In this document: piece after piece, positions 12,351 to 26,600 of the stretch
Layout: every line of letters begins with the position of its first letter
Numbering within the stretch: position 1 is the stretch's first letter
Assembly (NCBI GenBank): GCA_046563655.1
Contig: CM102285.1
Coordinates: 992,001 to 1,056,000 of the forward strand
Reading direction: 5' to 3'
Length of the DNA: 64,000 nucleotides
Source of the DNA: Yuukianura sp. NJ FZ-2021
Lineage: Eukaryota
Program-made: the position numbers and the translations under genes
Notes under the pieces: generated by a model
The model's database searches: none
Told to the model about the DNA's origin: nothing
Seen by the model: only the letters and a program-made list of their open reading frames with translations

Positions 12351-12911
12351 TTTGGAACTCGACAAATTCAAAATTCCCGCCGTCTCTTGACTGAAAATTT
12401 TTGGTTCGACGCAGTGGTGTTTTGATTGTGGAAAAAGGATTCCAAGAAACACGAAAACGCTGGAAATGGCTGGACAGGAGTCGGAGGGAATTGGAATTCG
12501 TGCTGAAAACACTTCCATTTTTGGGTGACGTGTTGCAAAGTAAACCTACGTTGTTATGTCAATAACTTTACAACGGGAGGGTTACTATTGGTTACCTTAG
12601 TAACCACAAAATATCCACTTTCGAACAAATAGGGTTACATTATCACTGGGTTACCACCTCTTCTGAAATTAATTAAACTCTGATTGACCTCTAAACAAGT
12701 GTTTTGTTGAGTTTTCATGAATTTCCCTTTCCAAAAAATGCACTACTTTTCAAGTATACAAAATTTAAAAAAAAAATCATTTGTTCTCAATAATAGGCGC
12801 GAGAAATAAATCTGATTGCGACATGTAAAGTAATTTCTTATTCCGAATTTCAATTTTAACTTAAAAAAAAACACAATTTTGAACAAAAAAAATACATGTT
12901 TTTCCATCCAT

Positions 12912-14053
12912 TTACACCTGAGTTTGTTTTTGGCGTTTGGGTTTGCTAGCATATAAATCGCGACGAAACTCTTCTTCTATTTCAAGCGTTTCATACCGCA
13001 CTGGATCAGCCATTTGAATTTCTTTGACCTCTTCCGAATTTTCTACATAAAGTGAACTGTTTCCAAAATTTTGTTTACAGTAGTCGTGGATGTCGTAGTA
13101 GCCATTTTCTAAACAGAGATAACCAAAGATACGAGTAATTCCTGCTTCGCATATCCAGTCAATCCGGTCGTCGCATTGGAGAAAATATACTGGATCACAG
13201 TAGTGACTGTCACATCCAACACGTATCGTGTTCTCATTCCCTCTCAAGAATTCGCCGAATTTCTCCTCCGGAAGATGCGTAATACCCGGGTTTCGCTCCA
13301 GGTTCAGGTAGTTTCCTCTTCTGGAGAAAACAAATGCCGCATCGGATATGTTCGCCAAGGTCAAGCTGTTATTGTCAAGATAAACTGCCATCTCGTTCCT
13401 AAGCTCAACAAATGGGAGGTCGCCAATGGACTGTAGGCCAACCTGTCGAAGGACGATAGTGCGCAAGTTTTGGAGGTCGTTGTGAAACGCACGGGCAGGA
13501 AGATGGGACAGAGTATTACCATCCAAGTACAGTGTAGTAAGTGCTGTGAAGTTGCTGATTAGGTCAAAGATTTCTTCTGCATCTTGAAAGTCCATTTCAT
13601 TGATATCAAGCATGGTAGTGGTAGAGTAGGTGCCAGAGAAGGCGTCTGGGTGGATTTTGGTATACCTGTGATCCGCATAGAAATACAGACTCTGAATTTT
13701 CAGAGTAGAAACGGAATGGGCGGGAACCTTTGTAAAAATTTATGAAATTGAAATTAAAAATTCAAAATATTTGATTTTTTTAATTCAACCTTGTCGCCTG
13801 GGGAAATCACCATTGCGGGGTCTATAGAAACCATTTGCATGACTGCGGCTGTGTTGTTAAAAGCGTCTGAAATGGCATCGAATGTTGTCTGGATGTTCCA
13901 TGTGTTTAAGGCTACAGAGACACAGGAGATGGAAGGACCATAGCTACCGTTAGAACACCTACATTCCTCTGGGAATGTACCAGGACATTGCAGGACTTGC
14001 GCAGAACCTTGTAAGGTCAGAAGCAGTAGGCCGATCAAAGTTATTTGAAGCAT
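12912..14053 (-). CDS. Secreted LRR protein, tandem copy 1 (2 exons)
   Basis: Signal peptide MLQITLIGLLLLTLQGSAQ, Cys cap CPGTFPEECRC, intron before VPAHSVSTLK, about 6 LRRs, Cys-rich cap (CDDRIDWIC...YLC...DYC) and a charged helical tail. Confidence 0.88.
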
Positions 14054-14493
14054 GATGCTATTACGAGTTTGGAAAATTTCTTGTACGGTTGAACTGACAA
14101 TTTTGTAAGTTTTCGAGCTTTGTCTAGCAGTTTTCACTTCAATGTTTACACAAATGTAAAACGAACGTTAAAATGAATAGGACATCAAAGTGTTTGATAC
14201 GGTAAACTGTTCTCATATTGTGAACTGTTCTGACATTGTAAACTGATATTGATATTGTGAATCTTGTTGTTTCAGAGTGTTGATAAAAGTAAAAAAAAAC
14301 ATTACGATGCATTTTAATTTTAAAGTTTTATCGGATACTGCGTATAAAATTTGAGAACTATTATGATTAAGGATTCTCAAAACTTCGTTCTATTTTGGCG
14401 AAGGCTAAATCAATGAAAGTTCAAAGTTTAAATTCAAAATCAAAAACACGCACTGCATGCCTTTTTCAAGGAAAAAATTTGAGCAAAAATTTC

Positions 14494-14640
14494 CCTTGCA
14501 CTTTTCCATTAACTTTGAAATCAGCTTCAAATCAACTTCCAACGAAATCAACTTCGGTCGAAATCAAATCGAGAGAATGCGGCGATGGCGGTGCTGCAAA
14601 AGAAATTTTGGAACTTGTCAAATTCTAAACTCCCGTCGTC
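14494..14640 (-). pseudogene. Degenerate acylphosphatase exon-1 relic
   Basis: CCTTGCACTTTTCCATTAACTTTGAAATC and GGTGCTGCAAAAGAAATTTTGGAACT...AAATTC match 12278-12380; start codon lost and an internal insertion present. Confidence 0.6.
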
Positions 14641-14885
14641 CTTCCAATGCCAATCTCCGATTTTATGAAACACAAAAACGCTGAAAACGGCTGGACACGA
14701 TTATTCAAAGTGAGTTGGTTATAAAAATATGGGAAAATTTATTTCCTTGACAAAAATAATTTTTAAAAAAGTAGTAAAATCAATGCACATCTTTTTCGTC
14801 TTCATTCGGACATTTTTATTTCAACTTTGAATTTTGACAAGGCAAAAATCGAAATTTGAAAACAAAATTTGTTTTTTCGTTCCAT

Positions 14886-16032
14886 TTACGCGGGAATTTT
14901 ATTTTGGCGCCTGGATTTGCTAATAGTATCAAAAGAGCGGCGTTGAAACTCGTCTTCCACTCTGAGCGATTTATACTGCACATGATCAGCCATTTGAATT
15001 TTCTTGACATCCTCCATTGTCTCCCTATAGAGTGGACTGTTTCCAAACTTTTGTTCGCAGTAATCATAGATGTCGACGTAAGCAGGATCTGTGCAGAGGT
15101 AACCATTGATACGCTTGACTCCTGCTTCGCAGATCCAGTCAATCTTTTCGTCACATTCGAGAAGGTGTTTTGGAAAACAGAAGTCACATCCAACTCCAAG
15201 CGTGTTCCGGTTTCCTCTCAAGTAGTTCCCGAACTTCTCTTCCGGAAGATACGTAATACCCGGGTTTCGGTACAGATACATGAAGACTCCTGTTCTGGCG
15301 AAGGTAAATGCCGTATCGGATATGTTGGCCAAGGTCAAGTCGTTACCGTCCAGTGCAATGCTCTGTACATTTGGAAGTTGAGCAAATGCGAGGTCGCCGA
15401 TGGACTGTAAACCGGCGTCGCTAATGGTAATATATTCCAAGCTTTGAAGGTTAGCTCCAAAAGCATGCGCAGGAATTTGTGACAGAGTGATACCGGTTTC
15501 CAGCTTGAGTTGATACAGTACTTGGAAGTTGTTGAACAGCTGAAAGGCTTCTTCGCTGTCCTCAAAGTGCATATTGTAAATGGTGAGTATGTCCGTGGTA
15601 GAGTGTGAGCCAGAGAAAGCGTCTGGGTCAATCCGGGTATACTTGTTATACGCCAAAATAGTCAGACGCTGCGTTTTTAGAGTAGAAATTGAATGGGCGG
15701 GAACCTTTGAAACAAATTTAAAAGTTTAAAATTTAAAGATTGTGAATTTTTAAATTTTTTGGTTGAACCTTTTGTCCCGAAGTAATGACTCGTGCAAAGT
15801 CCATAGTTACAGAGGAGACGGCTTCGTCTGTGTTGTTAAAAGCGTCTGAAATTGCATCGAACGTTGCTTGGATATCCCATGTGCGCATGGGAATCGTGAC
15901 GCAGGAGATGACAGGGCCGTTGCTGTAGCTTAGGCATTCACATTCTGCTGGAAATGTGTCTGGACACAGTAGAACCTGCGCAGAAACTCCTAAAATCAGA
16001 AGCAGTAAACCAACAAAAATTCTCCAGAACAT
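14886..16032 (-). CDS. Secreted LRR protein, tandem copy 2
   Basis: ORFs 15733-16032 (signal peptide plus CPDTFPAECEC) and 14886-15656 join through VPAHSISTLK; same architecture as copy 1. Confidence 0.88.
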
Positions 16033-16310
16033 GGCGTTTTAACTTTTTAGCAGTTTTGTACGTCAGCTTTTCAGTTTTATTTTATTTTTTAGTATTTGTC
16101 TCACTCTCTTTTGTACCAATTTCAGGAATCCATTCAAATCTAATAGTGATTAGAAGTTAGAAGTGGTCAGTATCGTCAACTGTTTGAAAAACAACGTGAT
16201 TTCCGTTATTGTTAGAAATGACGTTGCAATAAAGATTACGAAATGTAGATAAAGTTTAGAAACCCAGTCTTTATAATAATCATCATTTTTAATAATTTAA
16301 AATAATCGAA

Positions 16311-16412
16311 ATGTTTTCTGTGAACTTCAAAATCGAATAAAACGAGAGACTGAGATGATGACGGTGCTGAAAATGCCATTTTGGAACCCGGCAAATTCAA
16401 AATTCCCACCGT
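16311..16412 (-). pseudogene. Acylphosphatase exon-1 relic (MAFSAPSSSQSLVLFDFEVHRK, then similarity stops)
   Basis: Close nucleotide match to 12285-12382 including the 5' flank; no donor site or downstream exons. Confidence 0.78.
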
Positions 16413-16478
16413 TTTTCACATTGAATTTTTACAAGCCAAAAATTAAACTGTGCACAACTTTTTGGTTCCAAATTTCAT

Positions 16479-17629
16479 TTACACGTAAATTTGGTTTTGG
16501 AGCTTGGCGTTGCTAATTGCAACAGAACGGCGACGAAACTCTTCTTCTATCTTAAGCGTATCATAACGCACACGATCAGCAATTTGAATTTTCTTGTCCT
16601 CTTCCAACTTTTCCCTACTAAGCGGACTGCGTCCAAACTTTTTCTGGCAATAGTCGTAGATATCGTCGTAACCCGTTTCACGGCAGCGGTATCCATAGAT
16701 ACGCGTAACGCCTGCGTTACAAATCCAGTCAATCCGGTCGTCACACTGGAGAAAGTAAGTTGGATCGCATTCGTTTTGATAGCCTGAACCAACATAGATC
16801 ATGTTCTCATTCCCTCTCACGAACTCCCCGAACTTCTCCTCCGGAAGATACGTAATACCCGGGTTTCGCTCCAGATTCAGATAAACTCCAGTTCTGGGAA
16901 AGACAAATGCCGTGTCGGAAATGTTCGTCAAAGTCAAATTGTTACCGTCAAGCATAACGTTCACAAGGTTTGGAAGTAGAGCAAACGGGAGACTGCCGAT
17001 GGACTGTAAGTCAGCGTCTCGAATGGAAATATACTCCAAGCTTTGGACGTCAAACGCATGCGCAGGAATTTCTGCCAAAGTGTGACCGTACAAGTACAGT
17101 CCACGCAGTACTTTGAAGTTGTTGAACAGCTCAAAGGCTTCTGTGGTGTTCTGGAAGTCCATATCGAAAATGTGGAGATGTTCCGTGGTAGAGTGAGTAC
17201 CAGAGAAGGCGTTTGGATCAATCCGTGTATATGTATAAGCCGCATAGAGATACAGATTCTGAGTTTTTAGAGTACGAACGGAATGGGCTGGAACCTTTGA
17301 AAAATTTTGAAATACCGATTAAAGATTTTTAAGTTTAATATTTTTTATATTTTTTTTTATTAAACCTCTTGGGCCGGGCTTGTGACGAGTCTAGGGTTTA
17401 TAGTTGCAAAATAGACGGCTTCGTCTGTGTTGTTAAAAGCATCTGAAACTGCGTCGAACGTTGCCTGAATGTCCCATGTCTCCATGGAGATCGTGATGCA
17501 TGTGATATCAGCGCCCATGCTGGACTCATCACAAGAACATTCTTCTGGAAATGTGTCTGGACACTGCAGGATCTGCGCAGAAACTCCAAGAACAACGAGC
17601 AGTAGACCAAGTAGAATTGTGCGGAGCAT
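16479..17629 (-). CDS. Secreted LRR protein, tandem copy 3
   Basis: MLRTILLGLLLVVLGVSAQILQCPDTFPEECSC...; exon 2 runs from VPAHSVRTLK to QNQIYV*. Confidence 0.88.
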
Positions 17630-18493
17630 GACGTTTTTCAAAATTAAGGATTACAGTAGGCCACAGAATTTTACTGTATTTTGTAACAGCGTTTCAGTTT
17701 GTTCTCTATTTTCCAGGCTTTTCTTCCACACTTTTTGTGCCGATTTTTACGCAGAACTGCACTTAAATCTAAAAGTGATTACAAGTTAGAAGCGTTTAGT
17801 ATTGTCAACCTTTCGGGAAAAAAACGTTTGTTTTCAGTTATTAGTAGAGATAAAGTTGTACGTAAGATTACCGATATAGATAAAGTTCAAAAAGCAGTTT
17901 TTTCCAGTAACACATTTAATTATTCATCAAAATCAATTTTTCTCCAAACTCTTCATGTGGAATATACAAAAAAAAACACAATTTTAAAGTAGCTTTTTAA
18001 AGTAGCACAATTTCTAATTACCAAATGGATCAAACCGGAAGAGATTAATATAAAATGTGATTTCAAAGTGAGAGACTGGGCCAATGTTACACTTCAAACG
18101 AAAGAAGATAAACGTTAAAGTGTCAAATTACTCAAATGTTGATTTCCTGAATTTAGAAAATATCAAGGCTAAGACTATGGAGTTTTCCAACTTTTGTTCT
18201 AGATTGGCGAAGTCTAAGTCAGCAAAAATCACTATGAGAAATCCGAATTGTAGGAAATGAAAATCGTTAGCTGGATTTTTATTTTCATTTCTGCATTTCC
18301 TTCCAAAAATTCACTACTTTTCTGGTAAACGGAATTCTGAATTTTCACTTTGTTGTTGTTGATAAAAACAGGCCCGAGAAAATCAAGTTGCGACGTGACG
18401 TGAATGGAAATTCATGTTGAGATGATATTTTTATTTTGAATTTTGACAACCGAAAAGTTAAAGTTTTGAACAAATTTTGATTTTCCTTAACAT

Positions 18494-19638
18494 TCATGCC
18501 CTAACTTGATTCTGGGGCTTGGCTTTGTTAATAGCATAAGAGCGGCGACGAAACTCATCTTCTATCTTACGCTCTTCGTACCGCAGACGATCCGCCTTTT
18601 GAATTTTCTTGATCTCTTCCACATTCTCCCTATAGAGTGGACTGTTGCCAAACTTTTGTTCGCAGTAGTCGTAGATGTCGGTGTGCCCAATTTCTACACA
18701 GCGGTAACCATAGATACGGGTAATACCTGCTTCGCAGATCCAGTCAATCCGCTCGTCGCATTGGAGAAAATACTTTAGATCGCAACTGTCTTCCCGTCCA
18801 TGTCCTACAAAGATGGAGTTTTCATTCCCTTTCAAGAAGTTCCCGAATTTCCTCTCCGGAAGATGCGTAATACCCGGGTTTGCCTCAAGATTCAGAGAAA
18901 TTCCTGTACTGGAGAAGGTAAATGCTTTATCGGATATATTGGCCAACGACAAGTTGTTGCCGTCAAGTTGAATGTTCGAAAGGTTTCGCAGTTCAACAAA
19001 TGGGAGATAGCCGATGGAATATAAGCCAGAATAACGAATGCTGATACTTGTCAAGTTTTGGAGGTCATTGGTAAACGCATGTGCAGGAATTTGGGACAGA
19101 GTACCAGTGTACAAGGACAGGTCACGCAGTACTTTGAAGTTGTTGAACAGGTCAAATGCATCTTCGACATCTTGGAAGTCCATGTTATAAATAGCAAGGT
19201 CGGTAGTGGTAGAGTGGGTGCCAGAGAATGCATCTGGGTCAATCCGGGTATACTTGTGAGCCGTAAAGAAGCTCAGTATCTGAGTTTTTAGAGTAGAAAT
19301 GGAATGGGCGGGAACCTTTAAAAGAAATTTTTAAGTACCAATTTAATATTTCAAAATTTTATTTTTTGTTAAACCTCTTGGGCCGAGGATGCGACGCTGA
19401 AAGTTTCTATTCGAACATGGTAGACGAGTTCGTTTGTAGTGTTGAAGGCGTCTGAAATTGCATCGAACGTCGCCTGCATGTCCCATGTGTCCATGGGGAT
19501 ATAAACGCAGGCGATTTGTGGGCCATCACCGGTGTCAGAGCAATAACATTCTTCTGGAAAGGGGTATGGACACTGTAGGACCTGCGCTGAAACTCCTAGG
19601 ATCCCAAGCAGTGCACCAACAAAAGTGGTCCAGAGCAT
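18494..19638 (-). CDS. Secreted LRR protein, tandem copy 4
   Basis: MLWTTFVGALLGILGVSAQVLQCPYPFPEECYC...; exon 2 runs from VPAHSISTLK to QNQVRA*. Confidence 0.88.
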
Positions 19639-20675
19639 GACGTTTTTCGAAGTTCGGGATTACAGTTTGCCAAAAAATTCGACACTGTTTTTTTGAGAGT
19701 TTTTTCGTAACAAGCTTGTCACTTTTTTCTCCACGTTTCAATCTTTTTTTCCACTCTGTGGCAATTTCTACTCCGAACTCGACTTAAAAGTAAGAGTGTT
19801 TTAGATTATCAACTTTTCGAAAAATAACGAATTTTCAGTTAGCAGTGATAAGGTTGCAATAAACATCACAAAAATATGATAAAGTTTTAAAAAAAAAACA
19901 GGTTTTCCAGTTAACACTTTTAACAACTCAAATTTAAATTCGATTGTTCAGCAAATCCCGCATCCGGAAGATAAAAAAGCACAAAGCCAAGTACACAACA
20001 TAGATCGAATTTGAAACGATTAATCTAAAATACGACTTAAAGTGACGAACTTCACAATTCAAAGTAAAAGGAGAAATTCGTTTCAAATTATTCAAGTTTT
20101 GATTTCCGTTAGAAAATATCAAGATTAGAACTTTCGCTGTAAATTGATGAAATCCGATTTAGCTAAACTCAAATGAGAGAAACCCAAATCTGAGAAAATG
20201 AAAGAAAATTATTTGCACACTTGAAAACTTAATTAATCATATAACGAAACATTCAATTCGGAAATTTTTAAAGTGTTTTTTTAATACCTTTGTTTAATTT
20301 GAGAAGGTGATTTTTTTGAGGAAATGGACGGAGGAAGTAACTATTTGGATTTGTGCACACGGAGTTAGTCTTCAAGCGGATGTTGGATAGCTTCAGTCGA
20401 GCTTTGGTAGTGAGAGGGATCACACGAAAAAAATTGTTCTTCATATTGTTTCAAAAACCGAGTAAACCTTTCTGACAGTTCATGAATACAAAATAACATA
20501 TTATTTTAGTAAAACTAATATTATATTACTCATATTATATTAAGTTTAAAGTGAAATAGTCCAGTGAACACATTACCACAAAAGTTCATTTTCGAAAGTG
20601 AAATTTTGGAAGATTTTCTGGGTTTTCTCAAAAATTTTCAATTTCCGGAACGAGTTTTATAGCTCAACAAAAAAA

Positions 20676-23600
20676 ATGAAGTGCTACGCACTATTTTTCC
20701 TTCCCATTGGACTTCTACTACAAGGTAATGCGGTTTACATATAAGTATATAAAAATTGTGGTGTTCAAAAATTCAGAAAAAACTTCAATTTTTTTTAACA
20801 ATTTGAGATTTTTAGTTTGTCGTAACCAAAATCCTTCCATATTTTTCGATCCATTTTGTACTAACAGTTATATTTTTTTGTTCAACAATGAAATCAGTTT
20901 GGAAAGTGTTAATTTGAAGAACTCGCCCGAGGCTTTTCTGCTCATTTCCGTGGCAGTTTCAACCTAGATTGTTAGATCAAAAAGTGTACTTCTGCGCATG
21001 AGTTTTTAACTCACTTTAATGTACATACAGTGAACGTTGAATGTAACAGTGTAACAATTTTTACATTTTGTGCTTTGTCACAAGAAAAGAAAATTGTCAC
21101 AGTCATGATCGTTAGTGGTGGCAGGTAGTGACGTTAGGCTACTGGCACAGATTTTTTTTCAATTTAGAAAAAATTGTTGAGTCAACTGTGGCAGCACACA
21201 ATTTCAAAATTTCTTTAAAAAAAACTTCTTTTTTTGTCAATTTTCTTTAATTGACTTCCTTTTCAACGCCACCCCGTGAGTTCACTTGGACAAAAAAAGA
21301 AGGGTCAGCGGGGAGCGCCAAAATTTGAACAAAAATTTCAAAACATAAAAACTGTTCGAAACCAAAATTTTTCACTTATTGTTTAAGTTATTGCTGTTAT
21401 GCTCAATACGCGGTTCAAAACGGGGCATGCGCAGTGTGAAATTGTGCTGACAGACCAGAATGAAAAATTGACTCATGCGCAGAATAAAAATTTGTATCCA
21501 ACTGTACTCATGTCGGATGAGTTCAGTGACCCAGTTTTCCACTGTGTAAGTAACGAAGCACGGTACACCGTGGGAACAATGGCAGATTATTTTCTGGAAC
21601 CAATTCAACTCACTGTCCTCACGATTTTCGAAAAAAAAAACACAACTTGAAAAAATAAAAATTGAAAAGTTAACGTACGTGTCTGCACAACAATGCAGAG
21701 AGCGTGAGGACCGTGCAGTTTTTAAGATTAAAATTAAATACCAGGGTTCGGCAAACACAACTTAGAAAACTCATTCCCCACTCAAAGTGCTCGACGCGAA
21801 AAAAAATTCAAAATTTCACGTTCAAACATTTTGGTTTTCACAAAATTCAACATTTTTCATAGAACAAAAATTTCTGTTACTCAATTTCGGTTTTAAACTT
21901 TAAACCCAGTTTTGAAAAATTTACTGTGAACTTCAACCCAAATTAACCTCTACATTAATCTGCACTTTTTTATTCAAATTTGGACAAAAATTCTAATTAC
22001 CGCCAAAAATCAAACGGAATGTTCGACTTCAAAAATTTGAAATACGCTGAAATATTGTTAGTTTGACATTTGGATTAGAAATTCGGGGAATTCGAATTTT
22101 CAAAAAATTTGAAAATCAAAATTTTTCGTGGGTTTTGCCCATGTTCTCCCCAGTTGGTACCCATTGCCCAGTGGGGAAGCAGTGAACCCTGGCCTGAGTT
22201 GAAAGGTGTTGATGAAGATGCGTGAATGAGATACGAAGGAAGTCAGTGGAGCTTGGGATGTCAAAGGTCTTTGGTCCATGACAGCATAAGAGATGCTGCT
22301 GATGCTGAACTGATGCTGGGATGAATTGGGGTGGAAAATGAGACACACTGCACGACTTAAGGTGGAGCTGTCACTTATGCTCTCCATTGTTCAAAATACT
22401 TTCTGGATGGTGTTTAGAACAGAATCAGAATCTTTGTGCTTTGGTCCATTGTGCTTCTGAGCAGAATGCAAGGATGAAGGAGACAATGGGTTCATTACGC
22501 TCCAAATCTGGACAATTTTCAAAAGATCCTCCCTCACATCCATCTCCACTTTGTTCAAAAACTTCCAACTTAAGCTTCCTTACTGTCTACTTTAGGTCAC
22601 AGGTCACCTACACTTTTTTTATCACCGGATTGAAAAACTAATGCTCCATTTTAGTCAACTTTTGATTCTAATCGATTAACATCATCAAACCTTGATTAAA
22701 ATCAAACTCCCAAAACTACTGACTCTTTTACAAGCAATACCAAAAATCCTAACCTCAAACAACTTAGTAAGTTTGAGAACACTTTTAAATAATTCATGAA
22801 TGCATGATTTACTAAAAATTAAAAAAAAAATTTACTTTATGTATGTCACTTTAGGCTAGGTTGTTAGAATTGGATTTTACGTTTTGTACGTAGGAGTTGA
22901 TTTTAATCGAGTTTTAGTTGCTGTTAAAAATTCGAGTGAACTTGATCCCTGTTAGGAATTTAGTTTGTGGCAGAGAGGAATCTTTTCCTGTGAAGATTTA
23001 TTTTTGTTCGTGTGTCTCCGTGCCTGTGCGAATGAAGATGTCAAGTGTTTGGGTGGGGATTAATTCTCTTTTCCCGCTTCTTCGTTTAATCCCTCACAAG
23101 AATGTACAGTGCGGTCCAAAAGTAAAACCGAAAACTCAAATTTCAATGATTCACCTGTACTAGCTTCAAATTTAACAAAACTCACAATCAGTGAAACATA
23201 GAAGGCAAGAAAGAAACTCAGGAGCAAGCACAGTTGAAATCAAAATTTAAAAAAATGAACTGTATGAAATTTTTGTTTTTTCATTTTGCTAATTTGGAAT
23301 CTTCCGACATTTTTTTTACATGATGGAAGATCTTAAATTCTCTTTTTTTTTAGAAAAAAAAAGTTTTTTTTTGTGTCCAATTTCATTTGGACCACACTGT
23401 ACATTTACGTGGGGACTTTTCAATTGAAGCTCCAGTGAGTACGAAGCACTTTTGTTGGACACAAAAGACTTGGAACGCAGGGTGATTCCTTTTGGAAGTG
23501 ATATATAAGGATTAGGTTAGGTTTTAGGTTTTAAGTTAGGTTTTAGGTTGGGCTCTAAGTGGGCCTAAATGGAAGAAGATCTTCATCTGCTCTTTAGTTG

Positions 23601-26600
23601 AAGGTTCAAGGGGAACCGGGCATGAAAAGCAAAGAAAATTCAGATTCGACACGGGACTCATTCCTTTGCATCTTCATTTATGCTTCAATCTGTTCCTTCA
23701 TAGGCGCAATTCCTACAATTTTAAATTTCAAAAATTGCCGCCTTTGAATTTTAAAATTACCTTTGCTCTGTATTCCTTTTCTCAAATTTTTAAAGAAAAA
23801 CCAAATTGTGATTTAAACAGCATAACCCAAATTGAATTTGCTACGGTTTCCAACCTCAGCCAAAGAAGGGCACAATTTCGTGATCCGTAAAAAGTAGGTT
23901 TGTGGTTGACCTTCAAATTTTCAAAAAACTAAATTTTTTTTAACTTTGGCGGGTGACTTTTTGTGTGACTTTAATGGGGTGGCGTCCCGTCGCTCTAAAT
24001 GACTTTTTTTCTCGAAATTTTGTAGAATGGAACTTTTTTGAGCAAGTTCCAAGTACCTAAACAACCTTAACGTGTCTTCCCTTGTACCCATCACGGTTGT
24101 AGTACGGCAGAACAACTGTTGTGTAACCACCATCGTTGAAATCAAAAAGTAACATCGGTTGAAGTAAGCCAGAACGGTTGTGTAACCTTTTACATTTAAA
24201 TTTTAACGTAAACCCGGTTGAAGTAAGGCAGAACAACCGAGGTGTAAACCATCACAGTTAAATCGGAGAAAAAGCGGTTGAATTAAGGCGGAACAGTTTT
24301 GTGTCACCAATGTTGAAAAACGTAAAACCGGTTGAAGTAAGGCATAAGAAAAGCAAAAGCCGTTGTACTAGGGCGGGAAAAGATGGTTGAAGTAGACAAG
24401 AATGCGCAGGGCGTTTCCACCTCAAATAATGACTCACCCAGATGAAGATGTCACCCTTCGTATCACCCTGTCTCATCAGTTGGACTTTTGTATGGCCCAA
24501 GATGAAATCATTTCAATCTCTCTTCACTTCTTTTCAACGTCAACCCTAATGGAAATTGTCATCTTTCAAAAACTTTTTTTTTTCAAAGCTGAATTTTTTG
24601 TGCAGTGCAGTGGAGTTCAAAAAGTTATTTTTTAAAGGTGTGTACCCTGAACCGTGAATACACGGTCACCTTAGGACAGATGACTACCCCAAATCTTTAG
24701 CCTTAACACGATTCATACTTTCTTTTGTTCCAGACAAAAAATGTCACTTTTTAAAAAAAGGATTTTTGAAAAGGGAGGGAGGATTTTGAAAAGTCAAAAT
24801 GAGATTATGGTGGAGATTAGTTTTCAAGTTTTTCAAAACGAGAAAATATGACATATTTTTTTTGTAGTACATGCGCATGATTCAAGTTTTTTTTGAATGC
24901 GCATGTGCAGGATTTAGTCAAGAGCAAATGCAATTAAAGTGACAGGTTTTGTTCAAACAAGGAACAACAAATGGAACAATCGAAAGGAAAATTATGGAAA
25001 TGAGCTTGGCGTTTAGAGATCGGCACGATTATAACTCATCTCTGACATGAATTTTTTCATTTGTTTTTGTGTTTCATAAAACTACATTAACATAAACTTA
25101 TTACATTATACATGATTATGCAAATGTGCTACATGTAACATCAAAAACATAAAATCTTGACATTTTGCAAAATATAGCATGTGTTGCCTTGCCTTTGACG
25201 TGTAGTCAAAATGCAATAAAATTTGTACTAAATAAATTTGGTGTTTTTTTTTAACTAAATTTTTTTTTTTTTTTTTTTGCATTTTTTCAAAACTGACAAA
25301 ATTGTTGCTACGTTTGACGGTTTTCATAATGTAACAAAATTTGTGTTGTTCGTTTGACGTCTACCATAGTGTTTCATGTTTGACGTTTTTCATAATGTGA
25401 CAAACGCGTTGTACATTTGACATGCGTCGAAATGTGATAGAATTTGTTACTGTGTTTGACGTACGTCAAAATGTAACAAAATTTGTAACTGGATTTGACG
25501 TGCGTCAAAAATCACGTTTGTTGTTGAACTCGAAATTTTGTGACAGTGAAATTTCTCAAGTACTTGTTTATTTTCCAAGTTGTTTCCAAGCATATTTCTC
25601 ATTTACACTTACAATTTATACCACCAACTTCAAAATTTCAAATTGAAATTGTCCACTTGAAAAAACATAAAATTTGTTAAGGTTCAAAAGTTCTTCATTT
25701 TCATTTTCATTTCTCATCTTTTGGTGGGTCGTAAAACGTTACGTCTTTTGTTCCCTCTGCACTTGAATTATTCAAATCTCGTCTGCTCGTCCTTAAGTCT
25801 TCTCAAAAGTGTTTTTGTTCAACTCTGCTTTTGTTCATGTTAGCTTCACTTTTCTCAGTTTTTCCAGTTGAATTGAGTTGTTTTGTTGGTTTCATTTTTT
25901 CTTCTACTCGTTTTTTATGTTTTGATGTTCTGTAGGCTCTGAATGACTCTGTTGATTGCATAAAAATGGATTGAGAAAAGGGAGGGTTGATTGAGATCTT
26001 CTCCTTGGGCAGAGCAGCACCACAAGAACATGTCTTTCCCAAAATAAGTTCATCTTCATCATCCTCCCCCGCCCCCATTTATCCCCCCCCCTCACCCCAC
26101 CCACCCCCTACCTTAGTTAACATTAGGTTTCAAGGATCCCCCACGACGAAAAGAAACGGAGGATGAGAAAGGTGCCCACCAAAGAAGAGACTTCCCACGT
26201 GGATCTCTGGAAGCGATTCCCCCTTGTGTTAACGCAGCTTTTTCAAATTTAAACTTCAAAAAACCCACCCACATTTCAATGTTCAAGGAAAAACTGAACA
26301 AAAATTACCGTAAAGTACCGTAAATCTCCGATTACGGCCCCGGATTTCATTTTCTCGGATTCCATTTTCTCTTAAATTTGAGTCCGGTAAACACATATTC
26401 ACTCAAAACTTGCGACAAAGTTTCTTTAAAAAAGTGAGTTTTAGTGTTTGCAGCATTTCTGGAATAAGCGCCTCGGTCTAAGATTCGGAGCTTTACGGTA
26501 CTCCACAACGCTATGGAACTTGAGGCAAAGGAAATTTCTGAAAGTGATTTGTGGTTTAAGGATTGTAGCTTTTTCTTATATTAAACGCGATTTTTATTTT

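Noticed and set aside
12912-19638. Bioluminescence role (similar LRR proteins are often auto-annotated as Oplophorus luciferase non-catalytic subunit-like)
   Set aside because: That label reflects generic LRR similarity, and no luciferase catalytic subunit is recognisable here.
24090-24400. Regularly spaced repeats that could be mistaken for a CRISPR array (also 31255-31480 and 25290-25515)
   Set aside because: Repeat units are degenerate, the intervening segments resemble each other, the context is a eukaryotic intron and no cas genes are present; these are minisatellites.
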